Positions 55,401 through 64,000 of a DNA stretch of 64,000 bases are shown piece by piece. The position numbers and the translations under genes are program-made. The stretch's first letter is position 1. Every line of letters begins with the position of its first letter. The stretch comes from an uncultured Acidobacteriia bacterium (lineage in GTDB: Bacteria; Acidobacteriota; Terriglobia; Bryobacterales; Bryobacteraceae), in the NCBI GenBank assembly GCA_903900705.1, contig CAIUOG010000175.1, positions 913-64,912 on the forward strand. Direction: 5' to 3'. The notes under the pieces were generated by a model. That model made no database searches, was not told where the DNA came from, and saw only the letters and a list, made by a program, of their open reading frames with translations.

Positions 55401-55616
55401 GGTGAACTGCTTTTCGAGCGGCGTGGCGACCGACGCAGCCATCACCTCCGGGCTCCCACCGGGCAGCGAGGCGCTGACGAAGAGCGTCGGCAGGTCAACC
55501 TGCGGAATCGGCGAGACGGGCAGCTGGGTATAAGCGATGCCGCCCGCCAGGGTCATGGCGACCATCAGAAGAGTCGTTGCGACGGGCCTTTTGATGAATG
55601 GAGTGGATACGCTCAT
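52470..55616 (-). CDS. RND efflux permease (MdtC-like)
   Basis: 1048 aa. FIKRPVATTLLM at the N-terminus, with 12 TM segments and 2 large periplasmic loops. Confidence 0.9.
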   Translation of the reverse strand: MSVSTPFIKRPVATTLLMVAMTLAGGIAYTQLPVSPIPQVDLPTLFVSASLPGGSPEVMAASVATPLEKQFTRIAGVTEMTSNSSLGSASVVLQFDLSRDINAAARDVQAAINAAAGYLPANLPTNPRYRKYNPSDAPILILSLQSQVVPIPVLYDMASSVLAQKLSQVKGVGQVSVNGSSLPAVRVELNPQPVSRYNFGLDQIASFLASANANKPKGSISTSDSMMPLQTSDQLNEAKDYRNLVVVYRNGAPIRLSDLGNVTDSVEDVRNLGLANGKPAVLIMVTRQPNANIIETADRVRAVLPQFQASLPPTIKLNIDNDRTGTIRASITDSESAMIMSIGLVIVVVFVFLRNGWATFIPSVSVPVSLISTFGIMYLLGYTLDNLSLMALTIATGFVVDDAIVVIENITRYIEMGVEPMEAALKGAEEIGFTVLSMTVSLIAVFIPILMMGGIVGRLFREFAVVLTAAISISMIVSLTLTPMMCSRLLKVNHNHGRLYRWSESFFQWVISTYASALQVVLNHPALTMLVMALTIGVNVYLYIKVPKGFFPQQDTGRLMGGIQGQQHISFAALSEKIRYFEEQVRSDPDVETVDAFAGGGGGRGGGGGGNSGNLFCQLKPLGVRKSTADEVIARIRRKTSGMPGANLFMQSAQDFRVGGRQANAQYQYTLQTQELALLAQWGPKVLQRLQNLPEVTDVSSDQQNSGLSENVVIDRDTASRLGLTAQAVDTALYSSFGQRQVSTMYKSINQYHVILALQQKWWSSPEILDKVYVQTPRGIEVPISSFAHWSEGITPLSLPHQGQFPASTISFNLTDGVSLSDATLAIHKAEIEMGLPTAITGKFAGTAQAYQDSLASQPILILTALLAVYIVLGILYESLVHPLTIISTLPSAGVGALIALVLFRTELTIIALIAIILLIGIVKKNAIMMIDFALAAERNEGMNSRDAIYQACLLRFRPIMMTTCCALLGGVPLAVGYGTGSELRKPLGIAIVGGLIVSQMLTLFTTPVIYLQLDRLRLRMTGKHGSSRPQSNRPGFLLPGGVAESAD

Positions 55617-55628
55617 GAGAACCGTCCG

Positions 55629-58600
55629 TTAATCATTCCCGCTCTCGTCGCCATAGGCAAGGTGCGGCGCGGCAGCGGGCGCGTCGCCACGGAGGCTGGC
55701 CAGCCAGGTTGCAATGCGGCCGAACCACAGATAGATGACCGGCGTGGTGAACAGGGTCAGCACCTGGCTGACCAGCAGGCCACCGATAATCGTGATGCCA
55801 AGCGGCTTACGCAGTTCCGAACCCACACCCGACCCGAAGGCCAGCGGGACAGCGCCCAGCAATGCCGCCATAGTGGTCATCATGATGGGGCGGAAGCGGA
55901 GCAGACAGGCCTGGTAGATGGCCTCCTGCGGCGACTTTCCTTCCACGCGCTCGGCTTCCAGCGCGAAGTCGATCATCATGATCGCGTTCTTCTTCACGAT
56001 ACCGATCAGCAGGATGATGCCAATCAGCGCGATGACGTCGAGCTCCTGCTTGAGCAGAATCAGCGCCAGAATCGCGCCGACGCCGGCGGAGGGCAGGGTC
56101 GAAAGAATCGTGATCGGGTGGATATAGCTTTCGTAGAGAACGCCCAGCACGATGTATACGGTGACGATGGCGGCGAGAATCAGGATCGGTTCGCTCGCGA
56201 GAGACTTTTCGAAGGCCGCGGCCGTACCCTGGAAGGTCGGTTCGATGCTGGCGGGAACGCCGATTTCCTTCACGGCGGAACGAATGTGATCGACCGCCTC
56301 ACCCAGCGAAGAGCCGGGCGCAAGATTGAATGAAATGGTGACCACCGGGAACTGGCCCTGGTGGTTGATGGTGATCGGAATCGGGACGGTGGAAATCCGC
56401 GTGAAGGCGCCCAGGGGAGCCTGTGGCTGTGAGGCCGCACCGGTGAGGGCGCTGTTCGTTCCGGCCAATGCCACGGTGGAAGCGAGGTTCTGGGACGCCG
56501 CGCCGATCTGGACGCGGAGATCTTTCAGGTTTTCCGAACCCTTCCGGAAGTTGGGCGCGGCTTCCAGCACCACGTGATACTGGTTGGCCTGCGTAAAGAT
56601 GGTCGAGACCTGGCGCTGGCCGTAGGCGTCGTACAGGGTATCGTCCACCATCTGCGGCGTGATGCCGAAACGGCCCGCGGTGTCGCGGTCGATATCCACC
56701 TTGATCCCGAGACCGTTGTTCTGCTGGTCACTGGCCACGTCGCGCAGTTCGGGTATCTTCTGCATGCGGGCGAGGACTTTGGGGATCCACTCGTCCAGAA
56801 TTTCTTTCTGTGGCGCATCGAGCGCGTACTGATACTGCGTGCGGCTGATGCGGTCTTCCACAGTCAGATCCTGCACGGGCTGCATGTAGAGGCGGACACC
56901 TTCCACCTGATCAACCTTCGGCTGCAGGCGGCGAATGATTTCGAGCGCGGAGGCATCCCGTTTTTCCAGCGGCTTCAGAGTGATCTGAATGCGGCCGCTG
57001 TTCATGGTGGTGTTGGTGCCGTCCACGCCGATAAACGAGGTGACGTTCTCCACGGCCGGATCGGTGAGAATTTCCTTAACCAACTCCTGCTGGTGCTGGC
57101 CCATGGAGGTAAAGGAAATGGTTTCCGGAGCCTGCGAGATGCCCAGGATGACGCCGGTATCCTGCACCGGGAAGAAGCCTTTCGGCACGATCATGTAGAG
57201 GTAAACCGTGAAGGCCAGAGTTCCGACGGCCACCAGCAGCGTTAAAGGCTGGTGACGCAGAACGACCCGCACCATCGCCCCGTAGATCTCAATGCTCTTG
57301 ACGAACACCCATTCCGAACCGCGATAGAACCAGCCCTGCTCGCTTTCCGGATGGTGCTTCAGAATACGGGCGGCCATCATCGGCGTGAGCGTCAGCGACA
57401 CGAATGCGGACAGGATGATGGTAACGGCCAGCGTGACCGCGAATTCGCGGAACAGACGGCCCACAATGTCCGCCATGAAGAGCAGCGGAATCAGCACGGC
57501 GATCAGCGAAACGGTAAGCGAAACGATGGTAAAGCCGATTTCGGCCGAGCCCTTCAGCGCCGCCTCCATGGGCGAGTCGCCCATTTCGAGGTAGCGGGAA
57601 ATGTTCTCGATCATGACGATCGCGTCATCGACCACGAAGCCGGTGGAGATCGTCAGCGCCATCAGGGACAGGTTGTCGAGACTGTACCCGAGCATGTACA
57701 TCGCGGCGAAGGTGCCGATGAGAGAGAGCGGGACCGCAATGCCGGGGATGATGGTCGCGGTGAAGCTGCGCAGGAACAGGAAGATGACCATCACGACGAG
57801 GGCGATGGTGAGAACCAACTCGAATTCCACGTCCTCCACCGAGGCGCGAATGGTCGTGGTGCGGTCGGTGATGACCTGCAGATGAACGTTTTCGGGCAGC
57901 GATGCCTGGATTTGCGGCAGCAGCTTTTGCACGGTATCCACAACACCGATGATGTTGGTGCCCGGCTGGCGCTGAATGTTCAGAATGATGGCGGGGTTGG
58001 TATTCACCCAGGCGGCCTGCTGCGTGTTTTCCGCGCTGTCGACCACCGTGGCAACGTCTTTCAGACGGACCGGAGCGCCATTGCGGTAAGCGATGATGAT
58101 GGGAGCGTACTGCGCGCCCGCCTGCAGCTGATCGTTATCGTTGATGGTCCAGGACTGTTCCGGACCATCGAAATTGCCTTTGGCGGCGTTGACGTTCGCG
58201 CTTGCCAGAGCGGAGCGGAGTGTTTCGAGGCTGAGGCCGTACGAAGCCAGCGCGGCGGGGTTGGCCTGCACGCGGACCGCCGGGCGCTGGCCGCCGCTGA
58301 TGCTCACCAGACCGACTCCCTGAAGCTGCGAAATACGCTGTGCCATGCGGGTTTCCGCCAGTTCCTCCACCTTCGGAAGCGGCAAGGTGTCGGAGGTCAT
58401 GGCGATGGTCAGAATCGGCGCGTCAGCGGGGTTGGTCTTACTGTAAATTGGAGGCGTGGGAAGGTCGCGGGGCAGGAAGGTACCGGCGGCGTTGATGGCG
58501 GCCTGGACTTCCTGTTCCGCGATATCAATATTGAGTTCCAGCGAAAACTGCAGCGTAATCAGCGAACTGCCGAACGAACTCACCGAGGTCATCTGCTGCA

Positions 58601-58829
58601 GACCCGGAACCTGTCCGAACTGCTTTTCGAGAGGCGCCGTGACAGACGACGTCATCACCTCCGGACTTGCGCCCGGATAGAACGTCTGGATCTGCATGGT
58701 CGGGTAATCGACCTGCGGGAGGGCGGAAACCGGCAGTTGCCGGAACGCCACGATACCCACCAGCACCAGGCCCGCCATCATCAAAGACGTGGCGACGGGC
58801 TTCAGAATAAAGATTCTCGACGGACTCAT
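55629..58829 (-). CDS. RND efflux permease (MdtB-like)
   Basis: 1066 aa. [12 protein letters not shown] at the N-terminus. It is a paralogue of the downstream pump. Confidence 0.9.
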   Translation of the reverse strand: MSPSRIFILKPVATSLMMAGLVLVGIVAFRQLPVSALPQVDYPTMQIQTFYPGASPEVMTSSVTAPLEKQFGQVPGLQQMTSVSSFGSSLITLQFSLELNIDIAEQEVQAAINAAGTFLPRDLPTPPIYSKTNPADAPILTIAMTSDTLPLPKVEELAETRMAQRISQLQGVGLVSISGGQRPAVRVQANPAALASYGLSLETLRSALASANVNAAKGNFDGPEQSWTINDNDQLQAGAQYAPIIIAYRNGAPVRLKDVATVVDSAENTQQAAWVNTNPAIILNIQRQPGTNIIGVVDTVQKLLPQIQASLPENVHLQVITDRTTTIRASVEDVEFELVLTIALVVMVIFLFLRSFTATIIPGIAVPLSLIGTFAAMYMLGYSLDNLSLMALTISTGFVVDDAIVMIENISRYLEMGDSPMEAALKGSAEIGFTIVSLTVSLIAVLIPLLFMADIVGRLFREFAVTLAVTIILSAFVSLTLTPMMAARILKHHPESEQGWFYRGSEWVFVKSIEIYGAMVRVVLRHQPLTLLVAVGTLAFTVYLYMIVPKGFFPVQDTGVILGISQAPETISFTSMGQHQQELVKEILTDPAVENVTSFIGVDGTNTTMNSGRIQITLKPLEKRDASALEIIRRLQPKVDQVEGVRLYMQPVQDLTVEDRISRTQYQYALDAPQKEILDEWIPKVLARMQKIPELRDVASDQQNNGLGIKVDIDRDTAGRFGITPQMVDDTLYDAYGQRQVSTIFTQANQYHVVLEAAPNFRKGSENLKDLRVQIGAASQNLASTVALAGTNSALTGAASQPQAPLGAFTRISTVPIPITINHQGQFPVVTISFNLAPGSSLGEAVDHIRSAVKEIGVPASIEPTFQGTAAAFEKSLASEPILILAAIVTVYIVLGVLYESYIHPITILSTLPSAGVGAILALILLKQELDVIALIGIILLIGIVKKNAIMMIDFALEAERVEGKSPQEAIYQACLLRFRPIMMTTMAALLGAVPLAFGSGVGSELRKPLGITIIGGLLVSQVLTLFTTPVIYLWFGRIATWLASLRGDAPAAAPHLAYGDESGND

Positions 58830-60214
58830 TGTGCCGGACCCCGGCCCCGGCCTCCGCCAGCGGCATCGCCACCCTTCGTATCGGCGGCCTTGCCATCCGC
58901 TCCACGTCCACGACCACCACGACCACCGCGTCCGCCACCCATGCCATCCTCACCGGGTTTGCGGACACGCACCGTGCTGCCGTTCTGCAGACGATCCGTA
59001 CCATCCACCACCACGGATTCGCTGCCTTCCAGACCGCTCGCGAGGGAAGTCGTATCGTTATCCAGAACAATGCCCACCTGGACGGGGATCATCTTCACTT
59101 TGGAATCTTCACCCACGACGAAAACGAACGCGCCCTGCTGTCCGTGCTGAATGGCGACCGAGGGAACCACTACGCGATCCGGGAGAGTATCCACCAGAAG
59201 GCGAATGTTGACAAACTGATTGGGGAACAGGGCGTTGTCCTTGTTCTGGAACACGGCCTTGAGCTTGGAGGTGCCGGTAGTGGCATCCATCTGGTTATCC
59301 ACCGTGAGCAACTGGCCCACCGCAATCTTTTGCGAGTTGTCGCGGTTCCACGCTTCCACGGAAAGCTTCGTGCCGGCGTTGAGCTTTTTCATCACCTGCG
59401 GCAGGCTGTCTTCGGGAATCGTGAAGTACACCGAGATGGGCTGGACCTGCGTGATGACGATCATGCCGCCGTTATCGGAGGCGTGCACGATATTGCCGGG
59501 GTCCACCAGGCGGAGACCAATACGTCCGCTGATGGGGGCGACGATGTGGGCGTAAGTCAACTGCAGTTTCGCGTTGTTGATCGCCGCGTTGTCCTGCTTG
59601 ACAGTCCCTTCCAGCTGCGCCACCGTGGCGGTCTGCGTATCGAGCTGCTGTTTCGGAATTGCGTCCTGCTGCAGCAGTGTCTTGTAGCGGGCAAGATCGA
59701 CGCGCGCATTCGCCAGCAAAGCCTGATCGCGAGCCAGCGTGCCTTCGGCCTGTTCCAGCTGCACCTGATAAGGACGGGGATCGATCTCGGCGAGCACCTG
59801 ACCCTCTTTCACAAAGTCCCCTTCTTTAAAGGCGACCGACATGAGCTGGCCATCGACGCGTGATTTGACCGTGACAGTGTAGTAGGCCGACACGTTGCCC
59901 AGTCCGGTGAGAAAAACCGGCACGTTCTTTTTGAGCGCCTTGGTGACGCCGACCGGAGTCGGGCCAAACCCTGCGCCCCGACCTCTGCCGCCGCCTTTGG
60001 GTTGAGCGCCTGGACTCACCGGAATCAGACCCGGCTGGCCGGCGCGCCAAACGGCAAAAACCGTTACGCCCACCACCAGCAGCAGCAGTATGACCCAGAC
60101 CAGGCCACGCTTCTTCGCCTTTGGCGGTTGGTTATCGAGCCCCCCCGGACCGGACGTTGCGCCGTGTGAATCGGGAGTGTGTTTGAGGTCGGTGGTAGAA
60201 GTATTCGTCGTCAT
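58826..60214 (-). CDS. RND efflux periplasmic adaptor (MdtA-like) with Gly/Arg-rich C-terminal tail
   Basis: I refined the start to the ATG at 60214. It has a TM anchor [18 protein letters not shown] and a lipoyl/hairpin/beta-barrel pattern. The tail reads [37 protein letters not shown]. It has an ATGA overlap with the next gene. Confidence 0.85.
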   Translation of the reverse strand: MTTNTSTTDLKHTPDSHGATSGPGGLDNQPPKAKKRGLVWVILLLLVVGVTVFAVWRAGQPGLIPVSPGAQPKGGGRGRGAGFGPTPVGVTKALKKNVPVFLTGLGNVSAYYTVTVKSRVDGQLMSVAFKEGDFVKEGQVLAEIDPRPYQVQLEQAEGTLARDQALLANARVDLARYKTLLQQDAIPKQQLDTQTATVAQLEGTVKQDNAAINNAKLQLTYAHIVAPISGRIGLRLVDPGNIVHASDNGGMIVITQVQPISVYFTIPEDSLPQVMKKLNAGTKLSVEAWNRDNSQKIAVGQLLTVDNQMDATTGTSKLKAVFQNKDNALFPNQFVNIRLLVDTLPDRVVVPSVAIQHGQQGAFVFVVGEDSKVKMIPVQVGIVLDNDTTSLASGLEGSESVVVDGTDRLQNGSTVRVRKPGEDGMGGGRGGRGGRGRGADGKAADTKGGDAAGGGRGRGPAQ

Positions 60215-60705
60215 TCGAACCGCGTTCGGTCGTCCTAAGTGTAAGTGACTGCTTGCAGCCACAACAGGTAACAGCCTGGCGAGGACAATAAATGCCGCAG
60301 ATACGTTCTGCTCTCTTCGAAATGCCCTCACACCCGCCCGCGCCATGGCGGGATCGAATCCAGTTCCGTTGCCCGGCGGCTACGAAGCCACCATTGTTCT
60401 AACGATTGTACTGCGGACCCGGCGCCGGTAACCTGCGCAGATATGGTTGGGAGCGACAATCGCGCGATGAGCCGCCCCACCAGGGCCAGGGTGGCGGACG
60501 AGCAACCGCGCAAGGCTCGCGGGCGAAGTGGGCGGAAACCAACAAAACAGGCACGTTTCGCCGTGTCGCGAGCGGCGGAAAGTGCGACCTGGCCTTGATT
60601 GTAAATTGAGGTAAACGGCGGCCGGAGACACCGGCCAACAGCTCCGTCCGGGCCTTTTCACAACACTTTTACATTTCCCCATCAACTGATCCGCCCGAAA
60701 TCCAC

Positions 60706-62061
60706 ATGCTGGAGTGGATGATTCGCACAACCGCCCGCAAACTCATTTTCACTGCCGCATTGGTCTTTCCGGTGACGCTGATGGCGTTCAGTACCGGGCC
60801 TCCACAACGCCGTACCGGAGCCGCCGTTGACGGCGGGCTGACCTGTACCGCCTGCCACAGAACCTTCGCTCCGGCGGATTCCGACCCGCGCGGAAGCGTG
60901 ATGATCGCGGCCGCCGCCTATGTCCCCGGCAAGATGCAGACGCTGCAGGTTACCGTCGCGCACCCACTGCAGAAGCGGTGGGGATTCCAGTTGACGGCGC
61001 GCCTCGCGAGTGATCCCTCGAAACCCATCGGGCACTTCAGCCCGAACACTCAGATCCGCGTTCGTTGCGACAGCGGGCCGGATGGTCCCTGCGCCGACGG
61101 AGACCTCGAATTCGCCAGCCATCGTTCCGCGGTAATCACCGATATCGGAGCCGGTTATACCTACAACATTGACTGGACCCCGCCCGCCAACGCTTCGGGA
61201 GATGTGATCTTCTACGCTTCCGGCAACGCGGCGGACGGCAACGGCGCCACCTCGAACGACAGGATTTACACAACCAGCGCGATCATTTCCCCGGCGACCT
61301 GCGCGCTTTCCTCGCTGCCTCTGATCTCCGGCGCCGTCAATGCGGCGTCCTTCAGCGGCCCCATCACCCCGAACGCGCTGATCTCCCTGTTCGGCGCCGG
61401 CTTCCAGCCACCCGGACTCACGCGTGCGCTGACGCAGCTCGACATCCGATCGAATACGGTTCCGTCCCTGCTCTCCTGCGCGGCGGTCGAAATCAACCGG
61501 ATCCGCGCGCCGCTCTTCTACACCTCGCCGGGCCAGTTAAATGTGGTGGTGCCGAGCGGAGTGACACCGGGCGCGGCGGAGGTTCGGGTGGTGCTGAATC
61601 CCAATTCCCATCCGGTTTACAGCGCTCCCATTACGGTGCAGGCCGCGGCTGCCGCCCCGGCGCTGTTCACTTCGGATGGTAAACAGGCCTCGGCCAGCCT
61701 GGCTGGAACCGGGACGCTGATTGGGGATCCCGCAGTTCTGGCCGGAGCCAGACCCGCGAAGGCCGGAGACATGGTGACGCTCTGGGCCACCGGACTCGGA
61801 GATACCAACCCGCACGTGGACGCGGCCTCGATTGTTCCTGGTCCGGCTCCCACCGTGAACGCGGTCACCGTGATGCTCAACGGAACTCCCCTCCCGGCCG
61901 CCAATATCCAGTACGCGGGTATGGCTCCGGGACTGATGGCGGGCGTCTACCAGATCAACATCAGGATTCCTACGGGTGTTGTGGCGGGCGACGCCACGGT
62001 GCAACTGGCCGTGAACGGGGCGAACAGCCAGACCGGCGTTACCTTGCGCCTGGGTCTGTAG
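60706..62061 (+). CDS. secreted protein with an N-terminal CxxCH-containing Reeler/DOMON-like domain fused to a Solibacter-type C-terminal domain
   Basis: RRTGAAVDGGLTCTACH is followed by a beta-rich domain (RWGFQLTAR...DVIFYASGNAADGNG). The C-terminus ISGAVNAASFSG...INRIRAPLFYTSPGQLNVVVP is TIGR03437-like. Confidence 0.7.
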   Translation: MLEWMIRTTARKLIFTAALVFPVTLMAFSTGPPQRRTGAAVDGGLTCTACHRTFAPADSDPRGSVMIAAAAYVPGKMQTLQVTVAHPLQKRWGFQLTARLASDPSKPIGHFSPNTQIRVRCDSGPDGPCADGDLEFASHRSAVITDIGAGYTYNIDWTPPANASGDVIFYASGNAADGNGATSNDRIYTTSAIISPATCALSSLPLISGAVNAASFSGPITPNALISLFGAGFQPPGLTRALTQLDIRSNTVPSLLSCAAVEINRIRAPLFYTSPGQLNVVVPSGVTPGAAEVRVVLNPNSHPVYSAPITVQAAAAAPALFTSDGKQASASLAGTGTLIGDPAVLAGARPAKAGDMVTLWATGLGDTNPHVDAASIVPGPAPTVNAVTVMLNGTPLPAANIQYAGMAPGLMAGVYQINIRIPTGVVAGDATVQLAVNGANSQTGVTLRLGL

Positions 62062-62079
62062 CCATTCACCCGTAAAAAC

Positions 62080-62970
62080 TCACCGGGCGGTGAGCCACCC
62101 GAGGACCCGCGGCTCGAACTCGTTCCTGCTCTGAGCCCGGATATCGGCGTGGCCCGCTCCGGGGACAATCCACAGGGAGGTACCCGCCGGATTCGCACGT
62201 GCGATCCGGCGGGAATTGTCCGGCAGGGTCTTCCCGTCCGCCCCGCCGTGAATCAGATACACAGGCACCTTCGTGGCACGGACGGCCTCCACGGCCGAAG
62301 CCTGCGTCAGATCCACCGAGTACCGCAGCCGCACCCACCAGAAGCCGCTTTGGACCAGCGACCCGGTCAGCCATTTGAGGCCAAAGGGAAGCTGCCGTCG
62401 CCACCGTTCGTGGGCGATCCCTGCAAAATCCGAGAAGGAACTCTCCGCGATCACCCCGCGAAAACGAGATTCCCGCCGCAGTGCTTCGAGCAGGACAGAC
62501 CCTCCGAGCGAGGCCCCGAAGCCGTAAAGCCTGGTCACTCCCTGCTGCCGCAGCAGCCAGTCCGCCCAGCGGGGCACATCCTGCGCTTCGAGCACGCCGA
62601 AAGTGGTGTAGCCGCCACTCGTGCCATGGCCCCGCAGATCCGGCTCCAGCACCGAATAGCCCGCCTTCAGGAAGAAATACCCCAGCGCGACCATATCCGA
62701 CCGGGAAGAACCAAGCCCGTGCAAAAGCAGAATGCCCGCTCCATTGGGATGTTCCGGCCGGTAGAACCAGGCATTCAGCCGGGTTCCGTCCGGCGCGGTG
62801 ACGGAGGCGTCGCCACAACTGGTGTGGGCAATACAGGGGCAGATTTCGGCTACTTTCTGACGTGCGGGATGCAGCGCGCCTTCCGCGGCGACGGCTCCGG
62901 CGGAAAAAACGAGTGCCGCGCCGGAGAGCAGAAAGGCAAGGCCGATGATCGCGGCGGCGCGCAGGGACAT
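62080..62970 (-). CDS. membrane-anchored alpha/beta hydrolase
   Basis: N-terminal TM segment. Contains ILLLHGLGSS and GASLGGS (G-x-S-x-G), with HGGADG near the C-terminus. Confidence 0.8.
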   Translation of the reverse strand: MSLRAAAIIGLAFLLSGAALVFSAGAVAAEGALHPARQKVAEICPCIAHTSCGDASVTAPDGTRLNAWFYRPEHPNGAGILLLHGLGSSRSDMVALGYFFLKAGYSVLEPDLRGHGTSGGYTTFGVLEAQDVPRWADWLLRQQGVTRLYGFGASLGGSVLLEALRRESRFRGVIAESSFSDFAGIAHERWRRQLPFGLKWLTGSLVQSGFWWVRLRYSVDLTQASAVEAVRATKVPVYLIHGGADGKTLPDNSRRIARANPAGTSLWIVPGAGHADIRAQSRNEFEPRVLGWLTAR

Positions 62971-63000
62971 GCCGGGATTGTAACGCGTTCCGGAGCCGTT

Positions 63001-63921
63001 TCAGACCGCGGGAGTCGCGAACGGGCCCCCGGCCGGCAGCAGCAGGGGACGGCTGACAGCGGCGATGGCGCGCAGATCGGCGCGATCTTCGCCCAGCTTT
63101 GTCTCGACAAAATCCACGCCGTCCGCCGTCAGACAGTATTCGGTGCGGTCCGTCAGCCTCGCGAGGCATTTCTCGCACAGGTACCAGAGGGAAAAGCCCA
63201 GCTCTTCCCTCGTGCAGTCCGTCAGCTGTTCGAGATCGAGAAGCGACAGACCCGGACTGTCAAAATTACTGCTGCGCTGCCGGTAAAGCAGGCAGAGAAT
63301 CGCAAGACGCCGGTTCTGCTCCCCCACAATGCCATTGAAGAACTCCCGTGAGCGCAACTGGAAGCGTGGCTTGCCGCGCTGCTGCTCCCGTTCCACGTCA
63401 TAACGGGCGCGGCGCTGCGGATGCGAAAGAACCCGGTAGGCGTCACTGATGCGGAGGAAAGTCTCGGCGTCGCCGGTGTCCTGATTATCCGGATGAAAGC
63501 GCTGGGCGAGCGTTTTATAAACCCGCTCGATCGTCTCCGGATCCGCCATCGGGCTGAGCCGCAGCATTTCGTAATGATCGGGAGCGCAGGGGTCATGCTG
63601 CACGGTGGTGGTCCGGGCCACGAAAAGCAGACCGAGAACATAAATGCTGTCGCGCCAGGTGCAGTGGCGAACCTGCGCGAGAGCGGCCACCTGAAACGCC
63701 GGGGCCCAGAGCACGATGTTGGCGGCAACCGGGATACTTTCGGGGCATTCCACCGCCACTCCGGATTCCGAGAGGTCAAGAGCCCGGCACGACTCGAAGA
63801 GCTTCTCGCCGGACTCCGATTTCCAGGTAATCTCCACCACGCAATCGGTGGGCCGGCGCTCCACCGTCCGCAGATTGGGCGGGGCTTCCTGTTGGGTCTC
63901 CACGGCGGCGTTCGGGGGCAT
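63001..63921 (-). CDS. PilZ domain - J domain (DnaJ-like) fusion protein with an uncharacterised C-terminal domain
   Basis: PilZ motifs are RTVERR (RxxxR) and DLSESG (D-x-S-x-x-G). The J domain reads DHYEMLRLSPMADPETIERVYKTLAQRFHPDN and includes HPD. Confidence 0.75.
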   Translation of the reverse strand: MPPNAAVETQQEAPPNLRTVERRPTDCVVEITWKSESGEKLFESCRALDLSESGVAVECPESIPVAANIVLWAPAFQVAALAQVRHCTWRDSIYVLGLLFVARTTTVQHDPCAPDHYEMLRLSPMADPETIERVYKTLAQRFHPDNQDTGDAETFLRISDAYRVLSHPQRRARYDVEREQQRGKPRFQLRSREFFNGIVGEQNRRLAILCLLYRQRSSNFDSPGLSLLDLEQLTDCTREELGFSLWYLCEKCLARLTDRTEYCLTADGVDFVETKLGEDRADLRAIAAVSRPLLLPAGGPFATPAV

Positions 63922-64000
63922 AAGGCCTGAACAGATGATCGCTTCCGGGGGATTCGCGGGTCAATCCCGGACGGTACCCGGTCTCCGTTGGTTAACATCT

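Noticed and set aside
60340-60375. tRNA-like GGGATCGAATCC (T-loop-like) sequence.
   Set aside because: The flanking 5-nt arms are not complementary on either strand (GGCGG/TCCAG). No acceptor or anticodon stems can be drawn.
60440-60640. A known riboswitch (cobalamin, ZTP, c-di-GMP, guanidine or fluoride) in the 5' region of the CxxCH protein gene.
   Set aside because: There is partial resemblance only, for example GGGAGCGAC versus the ZTP GGGGAGCGACC, and GGCGGAAACC. None of the full conserved cores or pseudoknot partners could be found by eye.

Overview
The window is a GC-rich, densely coding bacterial chromosomal segment of about 52 CDS. I saw no rRNA, tRNA, CRISPR array, transposase or integrase.

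The content points to Acidobacteriota of the Solibacter/Bryobacter type:
- Two secreted proteins end in the Solibacter-type C-terminal domain (TIGR03437-like).
- There is a CarboxypepD_reg-type TonB-dependent receptor and an S53 sedolisin.
- At least four normally cytoplasmic enzyme families carry twin-arginine signal peptides.

Recognisable housekeeping genes are lysS, nth, lon, lepB, a lolC/E-type permease, rbsK and dnaE2. Accessory content includes:
- an ECF sigma/anti-sigma pair and a LysR-GNAT-MFS cluster
- a POT peptide transporter
- an MdtABC-like RND efflux operon with two pumps, an adaptor and an outer membrane factor
- several esterases and MFS transporters

The most unusual region is the 644-bp non-coding gap at 25427-26070. 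It contains a near-consensus sigma-54 promoter for the downstream secreted repeat protein. On the opposite strand it contains a promoter-to-U-tract unit of about 340 nt whose ends are complementary and whose interior is rich in hairpins capped by stable tetraloops. I treat this as a candidate undescribed structured ncRNA.

Other points worth a second look:
- a divergent class A beta-lactamase-like gene translationally coupled to an orphan dnaE2, with no imuA or imuB
- a PilZ-J-domain fusion and a DedA-rhodanese fusion
- a CxxCH domain fused to the Solibacter C-terminal domain, sitting behind a 490-bp palindrome-rich leader

All functional calls come from reading motifs in the translated ORFs by eye. 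No database search was run.
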